From the NCBI GenBank assembly GCA_051746405.1, contig JBNJFB010000031.1, positions 1 to 27,607 on the forward strand: a stretch of 27,607 nucleotides of DNA, given 5' to 3'. Position 1 is the first letter of the stretch, and each line of letters starts with the position of its first letter. Below the pieces are notes generated by a model. That model was given only the letters and a program-made list of their open reading frames with translations, did not search any database and had not been told where the DNA came from. A program made the translations under genes and the position numbers. Of the stretch, positions 26,954 to 27,607 are shown in pieces. The DNA is from Campylobacterota bacterium (GTDB lineage Bacteria; Campylobacterota; Campylobacteria; Campylobacterales; Arcobacteraceae).

Positions 26954-26982
26954 TTGACATATTTATATTTATACTATACAAT
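26954..26982 (+). promoter_or_regulatory. Sigma70 promoter of the toxin-antitoxin operon
   Basis: TTGACA (26954-26959), 17-nt spacer, TACAAT (26977-26982). Confidence 0.7.
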
Positions 26983-27012
26983 ACTATTAAAAGTACGATT
27001 AAGGATACTGTA

Positions 27013-27267
27013 ATGAATATTAATGCAAATGAAGTTAAAACAAAAGGTGTATCACTTTTTGGACAACTTTTAGAAAAATTTGATGAATTAGTTATAAGTG
27101 TTCGAGGAAAAGAGAAGTTTGTAGTTTTAGATATAGAAAGATACAAAGAGTTTAGAGCAAACGAATTGGACCTTGCTCATATGAAAGCAATGCAGGATAT
27201 AAAAGACGGGAACTACAAAAAACAATCAGCTAAAGAACATTTACAAGAATTAAAAGATGAACTATAA
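27013..27267 (+). CDS. Phd/YefM-family antitoxin
   Basis: N-terminal INANEVK..ELVISVRGKEKFVVLDIERY Phd-like pattern; overlaps the downstream toxin gene by 11 nt. Confidence 0.8.
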   Translation: MNINANEVKTKGVSLFGQLLEKFDELVISVRGKEKFVVLDIERYKEFRANELDLAHMKAMQDIKDGNYKKQSAKEHLQELKDEL

Positions 27268-27532
27268 GATAGTTATAACTGAATACTATTTTAAAAAGTT
27301 AAAGAAGTTTATCAAAAAACATCCAAATATACTTGATAAATATGAAAAAACTATGGAGCTTTTAGAATTAGACCCATATCATCCTTCTCTAAGACTTCAC
27401 AAACTTCAAGGTAAATTAAAAGAATACTACAGTATTTCAATAAATATGCAATATCGTATTGTAATAGAGTTTATTATCAAAGATGATGAAATAATTCCTA
27501 TAGATATTGGAACACATGACGATGTGTATTAA
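27257..27532 (+). CDS. RelE/YafQ-family mRNA interferase toxin
   Basis: Basic 91-aa protein with LRLHKLQG..YSISINMQYRI and C-terminal DIGTHDDVY. Confidence 0.85.
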   Translation: MNYKIVITEYYFKKLKKFIKKHPNILDKYEKTMELLELDPYHPSLRLHKLQGKLKEYYSISINMQYRIVIEFIIKDDEIIPIDIGTHDDVY

Positions 27533-27550
27533 GAGTTTTTAAGTATATAA

Positions 27551-27568
27551 GGTAAATTATTTTTTACC
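27551..27568. promoter_or_regulatory. 18-bp operator candidate, copy 3, upstream of a probable promoter at the window edge
   Basis: AA-GGTAAATTATTTTTTACC-TT, 16/18 to the perfect copy with arms extended to 8 bp; gaTAAAAT -10-like box at 27601-27606. Confidence 0.65.
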
Positions 27569-27607
27569 TTTTGTTAAGTTAGTATGAATATATTATTAGA
27601 TAAAATC

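Noticed and set aside
1..27607. tRNA (including tRNA-Sec selC), rRNA, CRISPR array or IS element
   Set aside because: No intergenic region shows a cloverleaf with a T-loop motif, a repeat-spacer pattern, or a transposase ORF.

Overview
This is an AT-rich chromosomal window whose gene set and promoter style fit Campylobacterota, most likely Arcobacteraceae (inference). The core is a selenium/tungsten formate-oxidation cluster on the minus strand: polyferredoxin, TorD-family chaperone, small TAT peptide, fdhA-fdhB-fdhC, then fdhD, ModE-like regulator, degenerate IscS-like protein, moeA and tupABC. fdhA is a selenoprotein with an in-frame UGA and a SECIS, which the ORF track splits in two. Divergent from this cluster is a periplasmic binding protein + histidine kinase + response regulator trio. 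Further right, a PhnCDE-like putative selenium-oxyanion ABC transporter is divergent from selD (also a selenoprotein) and an HI0933-family flavoprotein. Accessory elements are a probable restriction-modification gene remnant followed by a Schlafen/AlbA_2 protein, and a Phd-RelE/YafQ toxin-antitoxin pair. Two cold-shock genes bracket the cluster. The most notable observations are: (1) an 18-bp palindrome GGTAAA-N6-TTTACC recurring in the fdh, selD/transporter and right-edge intergenic regions, a candidate regulon for the three-component system; (2) an FdhC lacking both distal-heme histidines and the canonical quinone-site motif; (3) a structured leader RNA with a SECIS-like hairpin upstream of the putative Se transporter; (4) an IscS-like protein that has lost most PLP/substrate residues but kept its Cys loop. 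All family calls come from motif recognition by eye; no database search was run.
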